Origin: Lingula anatina | Taxonomy: Eukaryota; Animalia; Brachiopoda | Direction: 5' to 3' | Length of the DNA: 64,000 bases | Assembly (NCBI GenBank): GCA_051362555.1 | Contig: CM120640.1 | Coordinates: 67,682,788 to 67,746,787 of the forward strand | In this document: one piece after another, positions 41,066-52,800 of the stretch | Numbering within the stretch: the first letter of the stretch is position 1 | Layout: each line of letters begins with the position of its first letter | Notes under the pieces: model-generated | Told to the model about the DNA's origin: nothing | Database searches by the model: none | Seen by the model: only the letters and a program-made list of their open reading frames with translations | Position numbers and translations under genes: made by a program

Positions 41066-41965
41066 CTAATGGTTTAATAAAGAGAAAGGAATAAAAGTGT
41101 TTTTAAAACGTTCAGTTCTAATTTTTGGTATGTTAAACTTCGACAGGCTATTTCTTAGTCTCCTGTGTGGATTGCAGGTTAAAAGATAGTCCAGCTTGTC
41201 TGTGTCATTTTGTATTATTGCAAAGAATGATTTACAGAGTTCAAGGATGTTAATTAGGTCAAAGGCCTTTGAGAAGTCAAGGAAAAGGATCCTGAGGAAT
41301 GATTTGCTTCTATGTGAAGGCTCAAGACCGCTCATCCATAAGTGGATTAGTTCTACTAGGGCGTGTTGTGGAACTGCCATGCACAACACCGAACTGCGTT
41401 CTATCAATAATAACAAAATCCCAAATCCACTTTACTATGAAAGATTCTAGAACCTTGCTGAGAATTGCTGAGAACCTTGCTCAAAGATATAGGTCTGAGG
41501 TCACATTCAATTGACTTAGGTTGTGGCACTTTAGGTAGTGGAACCACATCAGCTGATTTCCAGATTGCAGGAACATGTCCTTCACAGATAGAGCTGTTGA
41601 AAATTGCACATATTGGGTTAGAAAGGAACCCAGCAAAATCTCTCAGAATCCTGGGCCCGGTTGCACCAACTGGTCGTAAGTGAGGCGTAGCAGTTGCTCC
41701 GGCATAAACCGGGCACCAATCGCTACGCCCGAGTAAAGCCAGTTGCACCAAACTAGAATAGTGTTTACGTTGGTCTTAACTTAGTCGTAAATTTACGCCT
41801 GCCATCTAGGTGGCGTAAGTCAGTCGTAGCTCGTTTTCCACTATGGCTAGGCAAGCACAGAGAGAGTTTGATGACAATTATCATAGTTACCGTAGAAAAT
41901 GTGGGTTGTTATTTGTTAGTTTCTTACTCAAATCTTCCGTCTGTATTACTTAGTTTTTAAAAAAC

Positions 41966-42041
<76 letters not shown>

Positions 42042-43010
42042 TGATTACTAAATACATTATATGTGTAGGCATGTACATGCATATGCATATGTTCAAATTA
42101 AATCTTACCACTCATGTAGGTACGTCTTGACTCTCAGCAGTATGGTTTCTTTAATTCTTTTTCTTTTCACAATTTTTGACAAACCATAACTAACTATAGT
42201 CATTCTTTCTTCACATTTTATATCATTTATATTTTACTATATATAAACTTAGAAACAAAAGCTTAAAATATTAACATTTTAAGGCTCATATAATGTGTAT
42301 TAGGTCTCTTGTATTTCTTAATCTCCAAGATGTAAGCTCGATTTAATTAAATGATCTCTCACGGTGTAACCATAGATAAGAAGGTCATGAAATTGTCGGC
42401 ACTGTTGTAAAAATATAAAAAGAGAGCAATCTTGGTGTTTTTGCATTATTTTCAGACTCAAAAGTTTCAATAACAAATGTGAAGGTGTTCAAATCCATTA
42501 ATAGAAATACGTACTGCCTCCAACGCGTTTTTCTCATTTACAACAGCATACTATAATAGCATACTATAATATATTTTGATTTGGAATATATTTACGATTT
42601 TATTGTTATATATCCAAGGCAACAGCAAAGTTAACGTATTTTTACGTTCTTATTTCTAAATCAAAGTGGAATAATGTAGCTTATGAATTTCTCCGTCTCT
42701 GCAATGCTCATTTTGTGTTTATGTCATCATTCCATTAGAGAACTCCTCATTTGCCCAATTATAGCTTTCATGTATTGTTGGCCAGTGACGCAACAGAGCG
42801 TTACTCGGGTGTAGTTACGACGATCAGTTTTTGTCTTGGTGCAACGGGCGTAAGCAGGGAGAGTAAACCTGGTGCACGGATGCCAGGCGTTGCGGTTTAC
42901 GACAGTCGTAGCCGAGTAAATTTACGCCCAGTTGGTGCAACCGGGCCCAGGTTGGTAATTGGTCTGGACCTATTGCTTTGGAAGTCTTTAACTTAAAAGT
43001 TGTTTTTCTA
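41066..43010 (-). pseudogene. Non-LTR retrotransposon (CR1/Rex-like group) ORF2 relic split by a MITE
   Basis: KAIGPDQLPTW|ILRDFAGFLSNPICAIFNSS...DLRPISL, FLDFSKAFDLIN, C-terminal RTERFKNTFIP. Confidence 0.85.
41654..42947. mobile_element. Harbinger-type MITE with CWG target
   Basis: TIR GGCCCGGTTGCACCAACTGG; flanks CTG/CAG; removal restores LINE codons PDQLPTWILRD. Confidence 0.85.
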
Positions 43011-43082
43011 TTTCCAAGGGGCTGATTGTAATTATACATAAGTCTACAAATAATCATACCTGTCTCCAAAGAAAAAGTTTTT

Positions 43083-43720
43083 TTATTATATACAGACACT
43101 GTACATTCACCCTATAACTCCCAAATTGTATTTTTGTTTTACTTTAAATTTACTTTTTTTTTTTTTGGGGGGGGGGGGTAAATAGGCAGGTTGTTTTTGA
43201 AAATTAGCATGATCAGTTTACATGCATTTATGTTAATTATTTATTTATTTATTTATTGCACAATTTTCATGATGCTTGCCCCTTTACTACCAAATCATAT
43301 TTTTGTTTCACTTTAGATTTACTGAGTGGCTTTGTTAGGTAAAGCTGCAAGTTGCTTTCAAAAATCAGCATTATCAGTTTACATTTGACCTACTTTTCAT
43401 GATAAACTGCAAATTTTCTGATCTTTATATTTTAAAAACTGGCAAAGATATGCCCATATATATAGTTACTATTGAACTTGAATAGGAAGTCATATACTGG
43501 CAATCTAACTGTGACTGAAATTGATCTTTGACGCAATTGTCACCTTGAACTGAACTTTGCAAATTTTCTTTCCTTTATATCTCAAAAACTTGCAGAGATA
43601 CACCCAAAGTTACTGTTGAACTTGAATAGGAAGTCATACACTGGTTATCTAACTATAACCTTGAAATTGACCTTTGACCTACTTCTCATGATGAACTGCA
43701 CTTTGTTTTAAGTTTCTGAA

Positions 43721-43792
<72 letters not shown>

Positions 43793-43997
43793 CCTATTTT
43801 GAGAACTCTTGTTGATTGTATTTTATAGAGCTTGTCAAGCACAAGACTGGTGTTGGTGTCCCTTTTTTTTTTGGGGGGGGGGTTAATACAAATGTACTTA
43901 CTCCAGCTGGTGGTACAATATCCAGAGGCGGTATCGCCTCTCTGATCCTCTAGTTTCCTGTATGGTGTCTGTATGCTTGTCAGCTTTGCTGTCTAGT
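43083..43997 (+). mobile_element. Old family-2-related HINE containing a family-1 3' fragment (~43383-43955)
   Basis: 5' tatacagacactgta; 3' gtgtctgtat...cagctttgctgtctagtt; nested 146-bp monomers and family-1 3' end. Confidence 0.62.
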
Positions 43998-44467
43998 TTC
44001 AAATACATTTTGGTAAAATAATGGGATTTTGTCTGGGTTACCAATTCCACAGTCTTTGAAGGAGGAGCAAATTTTCTTACTCTGATATTTTGATTTTCTT
44101 CATGTGAATAGGTATTCACTTATTGTTAGTGTTTAAAGTTTTTATTTTCACAATTATGCGTAAGTGAGAAGAACATGGTCTGTGTCATATCATGCCTTTG
44201 AAAAGACCAAACTTCAGACATTAGTAATATTCTGCCTGATAAGTTACTTGTTGAAAAACTTATTATTCCTCTACATATTGCAAGCCATGCAAAGATAACA
44301 GAGTACAGTGTTTTTGACAAAGATGGTGCCTTACTGATATCTGATTTTAAAATATAAGGGAAGTTTTATATAAAAATGGGCTGCAACACTGCAGGTGGAA
44401 TAAATCAGATTAGATTATGAATTTTATTATTCCTTCAATAAATGTTATGTATAAATAATACTTACAG

Positions 44468-44675
44468 AAGCTACCATCTGCACCATGTTAACAATGTTGC
44501 CAGAACAAGTGTTGCTGCTGCACCTCTGGCTCAAGAAGAACATTTGAAATACTGCGTACCACTGCCTAAGTGTTTTAAGTTTCTGAACCCTGAAGACAGC
44601 TTGGCGACATTTGGAATTTTACCTACTCCGGACATCTTTCCATTTTATGAAAAAGGCCAACATATGGCATATAAG
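44468..44675 (+). CDS. Probable upstream coding exon of the IAP gene
   Basis: Acceptor cttacAG|44468 (NAGNAG alternative 44471), donor TAAG|GTAGAT. Open frame SYHLHH...GQHMAYK ends phase 0, in frame with exon 46914. Non-repetitive sequence between repeats. Confidence 0.6.
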
Positions 44676-45932
44676 GTAGATAGCATTTTCTTGATACACA
44701 TTATGCACACTTTTCTAGATACAAAGTTATGCTATTTTTATATACAGACACTGTAAGTGTCTTTATATATTCTGATTGGTCTATAGATCTGTCCCTGTCG
44801 TCGCTGTTGCCATCCCTTCACTCTTTCCATTGCTGTTGCTGTCTGACACATGATGTTGGCCCCATAACTTCCAAACCGTACTTTTGTTTTCCTTTTAAAT
44901 TCCAGTGGGTCTGTTTGATAAAAAGGCAGGTTGCTTTGGAAAAACAGCATGATTGGTTTACTTACAGTAATTTTTCTGTTTTTTTGCAAAATTTTGGTGA
45001 CATTGGCCCCCATAACTTCCAAACTTTTTGTGAGACCTGAAAAACCTGGGTCACCTCAGTATATTGGCAATAATTTACTTGTGTACCTTTATAACCATAC
45101 AGAGTATACACTTCAAGCTAAATGAAAAGGGAATTACATTTAAATTTTACAGGCAGTATCAAAATGTATAGCTGGTTAAAAACTACATTCTTATTTGTTA
45201 ATGGGCGAAAAAAAAGTTGATTTATCTTATGCACATTTATTTTTCATTTCCCCACACATTTATCTGAAAATGCACAGGGATTATGCCAATTATGTTAACT
45301 TTCAATCCAGGAAACTTAATCAAGTTACTTCTCTTAGTTTCCAAGTTATGCTCATTTTGCTATCATATATACGTGAGCCAGCTCTTCTGCTCACCTGAAC
45401 ATTGTTGGCCAGAGCGCATTACTGACTTATAAGTCAAATTTTAACACCATCAGTTTCAGAATACTGCATAAAAAGAAGCATGTTTACTATTATATTCTAA
45501 TTCGCTTACGCTTAAACGTATATAAATTATTTATCATCTAATAACTCTCAACGAATAAAGCCACTTCATCTTCAAACATCAGATCATTTATTTATAAATA
45601 GGAATAAGTCGATGTGCCTCTGCCTGTGTACAGACCAGTTAGATTTCCCGCATAGCCTAATTCCAATTCCGGTACAGTTCGTACTTATATGAATCTGATA
45701 ATTGTATAACGCATAATCAAACCCTATCTTTATACAAATGTTTCAATACAAAAACTTTTATTTGGAATAAACTGGAATGTCTGAACAGTAGCGTAGCTTG
45801 ACTTTGAATGATCGTTTCCCTTCCTCACGTGATCTGTTCACCTTTTGAATACAGCGCCCCATGTACCTCCTAATGACCTTCCTCCCAAGACACGTCATCG
45901 TTGACCCGTTAAACGACAATAAATACATTAAT

Positions 45933-46590
45933 TGTACCACCAGCATAGGCGCTGGCGGTACACGTGGTTTAGTCCCGTCCAGATCATTCCGCCGGCTCCG
46001 CCAGCTCCTGCGGCTCCACCGCCATGTTACCGTTACTGCTTCTCCTCCTAGACGGTAAGGGCCTCCGTACCCATCTCTTGGATTTAGGTCACCTTTAATC
46101 TCAACTAGTTCCACGTAAAATTTGGGCTTTGTCGGTGCTGGGGTCTAGGTGTGGCACTCATTGCAATGCACCCTTGTCCAAAAATGGCAAAATTTAATGC
46201 TAATTATCTACCCTACGGAAGGAATTATGGGAAAAATTTCTACAGACGGCTATCCGAAAGTAATATGTGGAGATTTCAAATATGCCCTTGGATTTGACCT
46301 TTGACTTTTATTTCAAGGTCAAACGAGCCAAAATTTTTCAAAAAAAAGAATTTTTTTTCGAAAAAAAATTATTTGCGCTGATATTCAGACACTACACAGA
46401 CTTAACCAATAATATTGTTGGAAAGTATTACCCTTCGGGTCATCTTTCATCTCCGTGAATTTGGTGCATTTTCACAGGAGTAGCGGCCATAAGATACCGA
46501 AACTGAAAACTGTCTCTAATTCGGGAACCGTTAATGCTAAAGACCCATTCTTTTTTGCATTTTGTAGAGCATGTAAAGCCCAATAGTGGG
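45933..46590 (+). mobile_element. HINE family 1, subfamily-B core, truncated before the array
   Basis: 5' hairpin and core colinear with the 27819 copy. Confidence 0.85.
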
Positions 46591-46913
46591 GGTCAGGCCT
46601 ACCCAACTACCAGACCCGGCACCGAATGATCCTGAATTCACTGGTAGATCAGACCACATACCCTGTTCATACCCTGAACAAATTTTGAGTGGTGATGCAA
46701 TGCTTTTCAAACCCGCTGAGAATCGTCACTATCACATCGCATACTAGGCAAGAGCGGTGTCGCGTCTGATACTGTGAAATGCCTACTTAGTATGCCTTTC
46801 TTAATTATTGTCATTTTTTATCATGCTATTATTTTCATTCCACAAAACATCTGCTTTTTGTCTGTACATTTGACAGCTTTGCTGCCTTTTAAAATGATTT
46901 TTTTTTTATTCAG

Positions 46914-49863
46914 AAAAAAGAGAAATGCCCCAAAGAAGATTGTAGAAAAGCAGAAGATGGTTGCCATATTGGTACCCAAAGTACTGAAACTAGAATAATA
47001 GACCAAGAAAGCAAAATCTCATTCCATTCGGAAGTAAAAATAGAAATGGATAAAGAAAACGAAGAAATCGATATTACAGGAAAAAATACAGATATTTATT
47101 CAATGCTAGCCAAGTTTCAAGAGACATTTATGCCAGATTACAAAAATGATGGAAACATGAATACAGATAGAATATCCAGAAGATTCACACTTGGTAAAGA
47201 ACATGAAGTGCATCTTGATACTGTGACAGAGAGTTCCTCTTTGCTTTTTGCTGATGCCTTATGTCAAAACAATAAGGTGAAAGCTTCTAATGAGGGCAGC
47301 AAAACAGAGAAAAATGTCACTTTGGGAAATCATGAAAATATTAATTCTTTCTCTCTTGCTCATCAAACTGCAAGGTTGGATAAGTGGGAAAAACCTAATG
47401 AGAAAATAACAAGATGCCAACACTTGCATCCCCCCATTGCTTTGTGTCCAAAAGAGAGTGACAGAGACATGGATGACTTTGTAATGGATGATAAAATAGA
47501 TAGGGAAGAGAAACCTTATCGAAAGCCTGTGCAGGTGGAAGATGAAGCAGATGATGAAGAAATAATAAACCATGTGGATGAGCCTGTAATTGAACATATG
47601 AATCAAGTAAGCAATAGAGGTCCATTTTTGACAACACTTGACAAGGATCGGCATGAAATAGAAAAATTATGGCTGGTTGCCAGTGAAGAGAGACTGTATA
47701 AAAACCAACAGCACCAAAGGAAGTTGGAGCCACTTAGGCTTGAAGTGTTTGATTCCAAAAGTGTAGATTCTCTTGATACATCAGTTGTCACAGCAAACTT
47801 GAAAGGCTTTTTCCTTTTAGAAAATGCAGGATCATCAATAATAGGTGGTGTAAAGAAGTACAACACTGGAAAGAATTCAGTATTGCAGGATGTACTTTTT
47901 GGAAAGAGTGCTCTCTGCAGTCAGATACCAAACCAGCTTAGATCTGCAGATGTATTTGCAGTGAAAGAGGAAAGAAAGTGTGACAGGAGATTGAAGTCCT
48001 TGCGCGAGATTGCAGCAACGGTTTTATATCAAAACTCTGAACGCATTGAAGCAGAAAAAGAAATTTGCATGCCAGGTCAATTTGTTGGGCCCTGCTTGCT
48101 GTCTAGAAGAGAAACTGATGCATTAGATGGAGACAATCCCCTAGAGCACCGTAATGCTTCACAAGGTTGCATAATAATAGAGAATCTGTCTCATGTGGTG
48201 CAGAAGAGGAATTTCATAGATATTCATGGGTATCAACACAGTGGTGACAAGATCCCAGAGCCAGCAAAGAGAAACAGCAGGTTGGATGAGATCGAAGGTT
48301 TGGGTAAACAAGATCCTAATCCATGTTTACCCAAAACGGATAGCTACGATTATGGCTTCGTTGTAGGTGCTTCAGCTGAGACCAGAGTAAAAACTGTGGA
48401 AGAGCTGCCATCACATCCTCAGTCCAATGTTGAACATATTGACATATGTGTGCTTAGTCCTGAGAAGTTGGTAAACCATGCACCCACCGATTCCATCATT
48501 AAGACAGTGCATGGAATGTCATGCAACTTAGAAGGTATTGTGAAGGTTCTAGGCAGTCTATCAACATTACCAGTACCATGGCCAAATAAGAGAATCAGAA
48601 AAAGAACAGGTGGGAGAAGCAGTAAAAGAAGAATAGAAAGGAAGACTGTTAGTCCATCTGCTTCACTGGTATCATGGTCAAGGAAGAGGATCCAAAAGAA
48701 AAGAAGAGCATGCACAAAAAGACAAAGAAAAAAGAAGACAATGAGGAAGTATGGAATGTTTGAGAAAAAGGGCATCGTGATGAAGCTGAGCAAAAGAAGC
48801 ATGAGGCATTTTGCCAGAGGAAAAGAGAAATCACAGTTGTGTAAGACCAGCAGTGAGCAAGTTCAAATAACCAAAAGAAATTGCGCAAAAGAAATGCTTG
48901 AAATTCTCCAGTTATTTTGTATGAGCTTTCCTATAAAGAAGCATGAAGTGGTGTCTAAACCCATACTTAAAGAGAAATCGTCCACAAGAGGTCTGCCTGG
49001 AGATTTTTTCAAGTATCATGCAGCATTTGTCCCAAAGCAATACAGGCACATTTTTGTCTACCCAGCCAGCCTAAATGAATACTTCCTACGACTTGCAAAA
49101 GGACCAGCCTTTCTCCAAGGAGAAGAAAACAAATATGAAGCTGTGCGCCTGGCCAGCTTTAGAGCTTGGCCTCAGTGGGCACCTGTGGCTGCGACAAGGC
49201 TGGCAAGATCTGGGTTCTATTACTCTGGTAATGGGGATGAGGTAGTTTGCTTCAGTTGTGGGGGCCATCATAGGCAGTGGTCCCATGGAGACAACCCTAT
49301 GGATCAACACAGGCTACGCTTTCCTGATTGCAGACTTGTGAGAGGGTCAGACACAGAAAATGTTCCATTAGTCCCAGGGGTAGCACTGCGGGACTCATCA
49401 GATGGCACAGACCCCTTCCCAAACTTGGGTAGGTCTGGTAACCATGGATTACTGGGTGGTGATCTGGCAAGTCAGCAAGCTTTACAGCAGTCACTTGGCT
49501 TTCCCAATCAAGATGTTTTAGTCCAGTCACTAAACAGCATTGGAACCTCGGCCTCTGAGATTTCCCAGTTACGAGGACCAGCAAATGATTCTTTTAGCCA
49601 CTACCAACATCTGGCTGGAACCATTGGAGGGGGGCAGGATGAAAGGGATAATGACAGAAATCCAACCCAAACTGCTGGTACCTTCACACATCAGTCTACT
49701 GAGATGAAAAGTGAAGCAGCAAGACTGAGGACATTTGCCCACTGGCCAATATCAGCCCATGTGAGACCACATGACCTGGCCAAAGCAGGCTTCTTCTACA
49801 CTGGAAATGCAGATTCTGTTCAATGTGCATTCTGCAGTGGAATACTTAGAAATTGGGACCCAG
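46914..49863 (+). CDS. IAP giant exon: N-terminal extension, BIR1 (~49134-49330) and first half of BIR2
   Basis: Acceptor tttttttattcAG|46914; no stops to donor CCAG|GTAATT at 49863. BIR1 YEAVRLASF...CFSC...H...C; BIR2 start SEAARLRTF...CAFC. Confidence 0.92.
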
Positions 49864-52800
49864 GTAATTAATTTAAACCTTTGATATTCCCTCAATTTCT
49901 TGCTAAATAATATTGTGTGTAATGTATTATTATTCTATCAGTATGAATATCCACCTCTAAAAGGGTATAACATGTGGTTGAAAATATGCCCTAAAGGTAA
50001 AATTGAACTGGGCAATATTGTTGATGTCTGTTACCTGATCGCTTCTTAGCACATGGAAAATAAGCATTTTATAGTTCCAACATATTATAGTTCTAAATCT
50101 TTACAAAAATCATTTAAATTTTGGAAAGTATGTTTATACTGATCATGAGGTCGGTCATTGTAAACACAGCAAAGTTGGATAAAATTTTTTTATATATAGT
50201 TATGATATTTACTGGAATGCTTATATTTAGGTTTAAATGGAACATTCTGAATGATTCTGTTGACGGTATATTTGTCCGTCAGCTTTGCTGTCTAGTGTAA
50301 TTTTTGCAATCTTATCTATGCATTCAGTTTCTGTTCTATGTAGGTGATCGCCCAATGCAGGAACATCGCCATCACTTTCCAACATGCCTGTATGCATTGG
50401 GTGTAGACGTGGGCAATATTGCTTTAGAGTCAGATCAAGCAAACTTGCCCTCAGCAATTCAGGAGTCTTTGGTCGCTTCCTCTGCGGCAGGAGGTACTGC
50501 CACCACATTGGGGGGAAGTGAGTGGAATTGATTTTTACTAAGATACATCGTTACTTTTGAAACAATTGTAACAGTAATTTAAAAAAAAAGGAAATGATAC
50601 TATAGATAAATGTTTTGGATATATTTTGAAAAGCAATAGAGTTTTGGTAATTACACAAGGACTATTTAATGGAATGTAACAGCCAATTTCTTTTCAGTGA
50701 TAATGTTTTTAATTCTTGTCTTGACTAAAGTCATTATGCATTCTCCTATAGACTTCTATAGAGGCGATGATCTGGGTATTTTGACTGAGAGACCTAAGCA
50801 TGAAAGATTTGCTGTAGAATCTACGAGGTTAGCAACATTTTCTCACTGGACCTCCCATAACACGCAGAAGCCAGAAGTGTTAGCTAAAGCAGGATTCTTT
50901 TATGCAGGTGATAATTCTTTCCTTTGTAAAATAATTAACTGGTAAAATTGGTGTTATATCGTAAGTCATAATGCAGTTGTTATGCAATTCAGTGTCTCTT
51001 CTAACATATTTTAAGTATTCTTGCACAATCCAGGACAATATATAACTAATGATAGATACCATGCAGAGCCCCACAGTCTAACATTATGCATTGCTTATAA
51101 ACGTCTTCTTTACTCTTAACGAATTCGTGTTATATTTACATAGGCTTTGCTGACAATGTGAAGTGTTTCTTCTGCGATGGAGGCCTTAGAAACTGGGAGC
51201 ATGGTGATGACCCCTGGACAGAACATGCCAGATGGTTCCCACGCTGTGAGTTTGTAAAACAGTGCAAAGGAGAGGACTTTATCAGAGATGTTCAAGCAAA
51301 ACATCCACCTCAGTACCCAGTAAGTTGTACAAGCCATTTTTATTTAGAACTAACTTTGTACAGCCTATTGAAACTTGGTCAAACATTTCTTCTCTTGTAA
51401 TGCATTTCGATATAGATATATACATGGAAACACTGAATGTATGAATGATTTTCCAATTTATAAATTTTACTCAACATTTTGTTGACAAGTCAAGTTTCTT
51501 ATTTTTTACTTTCACTAGCCAAACCAGCCAAGACCTGCGATTGCGACACCCCTACCTGCTCAAAGTAAGAGCACAGGCGTCAAATGTCTGCACCTTGTTA
51601 GGAAACTAGGTCACACAGACAACTTGAGTGTGTTGGAGACTGTAAATTCCTACAAAATACCATTTTTAAAGTACTCAATGGGCCCATCAAAAGATATGTT
51701 GAATAGTATGTTTTATATATATCGTTACTGAAGATTTTAAAAATAAAAGCCCTTAGAGCCCTGCACATAACTAAACTTAATAAAAAGCCAGTTTCACATG
51801 CCTCCTTTATTGATACTGTTTGAAAGTGAGGCAATGCATGTCAACAATGTGAGCACATGGCTTTGTCATAAATTTATGGTGGAGCAGGCCTCTTAGACTT
51901 ATTGTTTTGAAAGTCTTCAATATTAAAATGAATAAATATAAAACAAACCTTTTTGCTGGGCATATTAATTATACCTTGAAATGATATTTTGTGGGAATTT
52001 ATAATCTCTTACTAGTAAATACATAATCTGCATAAACTAGTTTCCTAACTATGATTGAGACATTTGATGCCTGTGCTCAACGTAAGTAGACTTTAAATAT
52101 TTATCAGATTTGTTCATAACTTTTCTCCTGTCTTTCATTTTGCTGTTCTTGTCTCTTGGAAATCATTATCTGTACAAGTACAAAGCTTATAAGTATCATT
52201 GAAATAAATATGAATGAAACAAATATTATTGTCAATGATTTTTAATTTGTTCTTATTATAAAAAACTTGTGATTGTACTATTTATATAGTTTTAAATACA
52301 AAATGTTCTATTTGACCCCAAAAGGCTCTGCGGCAGTTGCCAGGCCCCCAGGGCAGTTCCCTGTAGAACCAAGAGAGATCAAGGCAAGGCTGGATACACC
52401 TACGGTCCAGGCTGTCCTGGAAATGGGCTGTTCTAGAACAGTGGTGCGCACTGCCATTGAAAACAGACTCCGCACTGTTGGCGATGATTTTCCTAATGCA
52501 GAAAGCCTCTTGGAGGCCATCTTTGAAATCGAGGAAAGCATGAATAGGGAAGAGAGCCAGTCAAGTGCTGGTGGAGTACCTGAGCCAGCCCAGCCACCCA
52601 GAGAGCAGCAGCCACCCCGAGACACACGCAGCACAAACACTACAACCCAGACAAAGAGTAAATAGACATGTTCTACATTGAAGCCTTCTACATATACTTA
52701 CGGTCTAGTGTCTTTTGGGATATACAGCTGTTTCTATTATCAAATCAGCTTATGTGCTCATTTGCTGCACACCATATCTAAGGGACATGCAAAGATAGTC

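Noticed and set aside
22536-46114. Recurring short ORFs with PPAPAA/RRSRR/DLNPRDG peptides
   Set aside because: Translations of the family-1 5' microsatellite and core; frames and stops differ between copies.
1-46900. Autonomous Helentron Rep/helicase or other intact transposase
   Set aside because: No ORF over ~150 aa in the track for this region and no HUH or helicase motifs seen.
47259-49584. Minus-strand ORFs within the giant IAP exon
   Set aside because: Antisense shadows with no recognisable domain.
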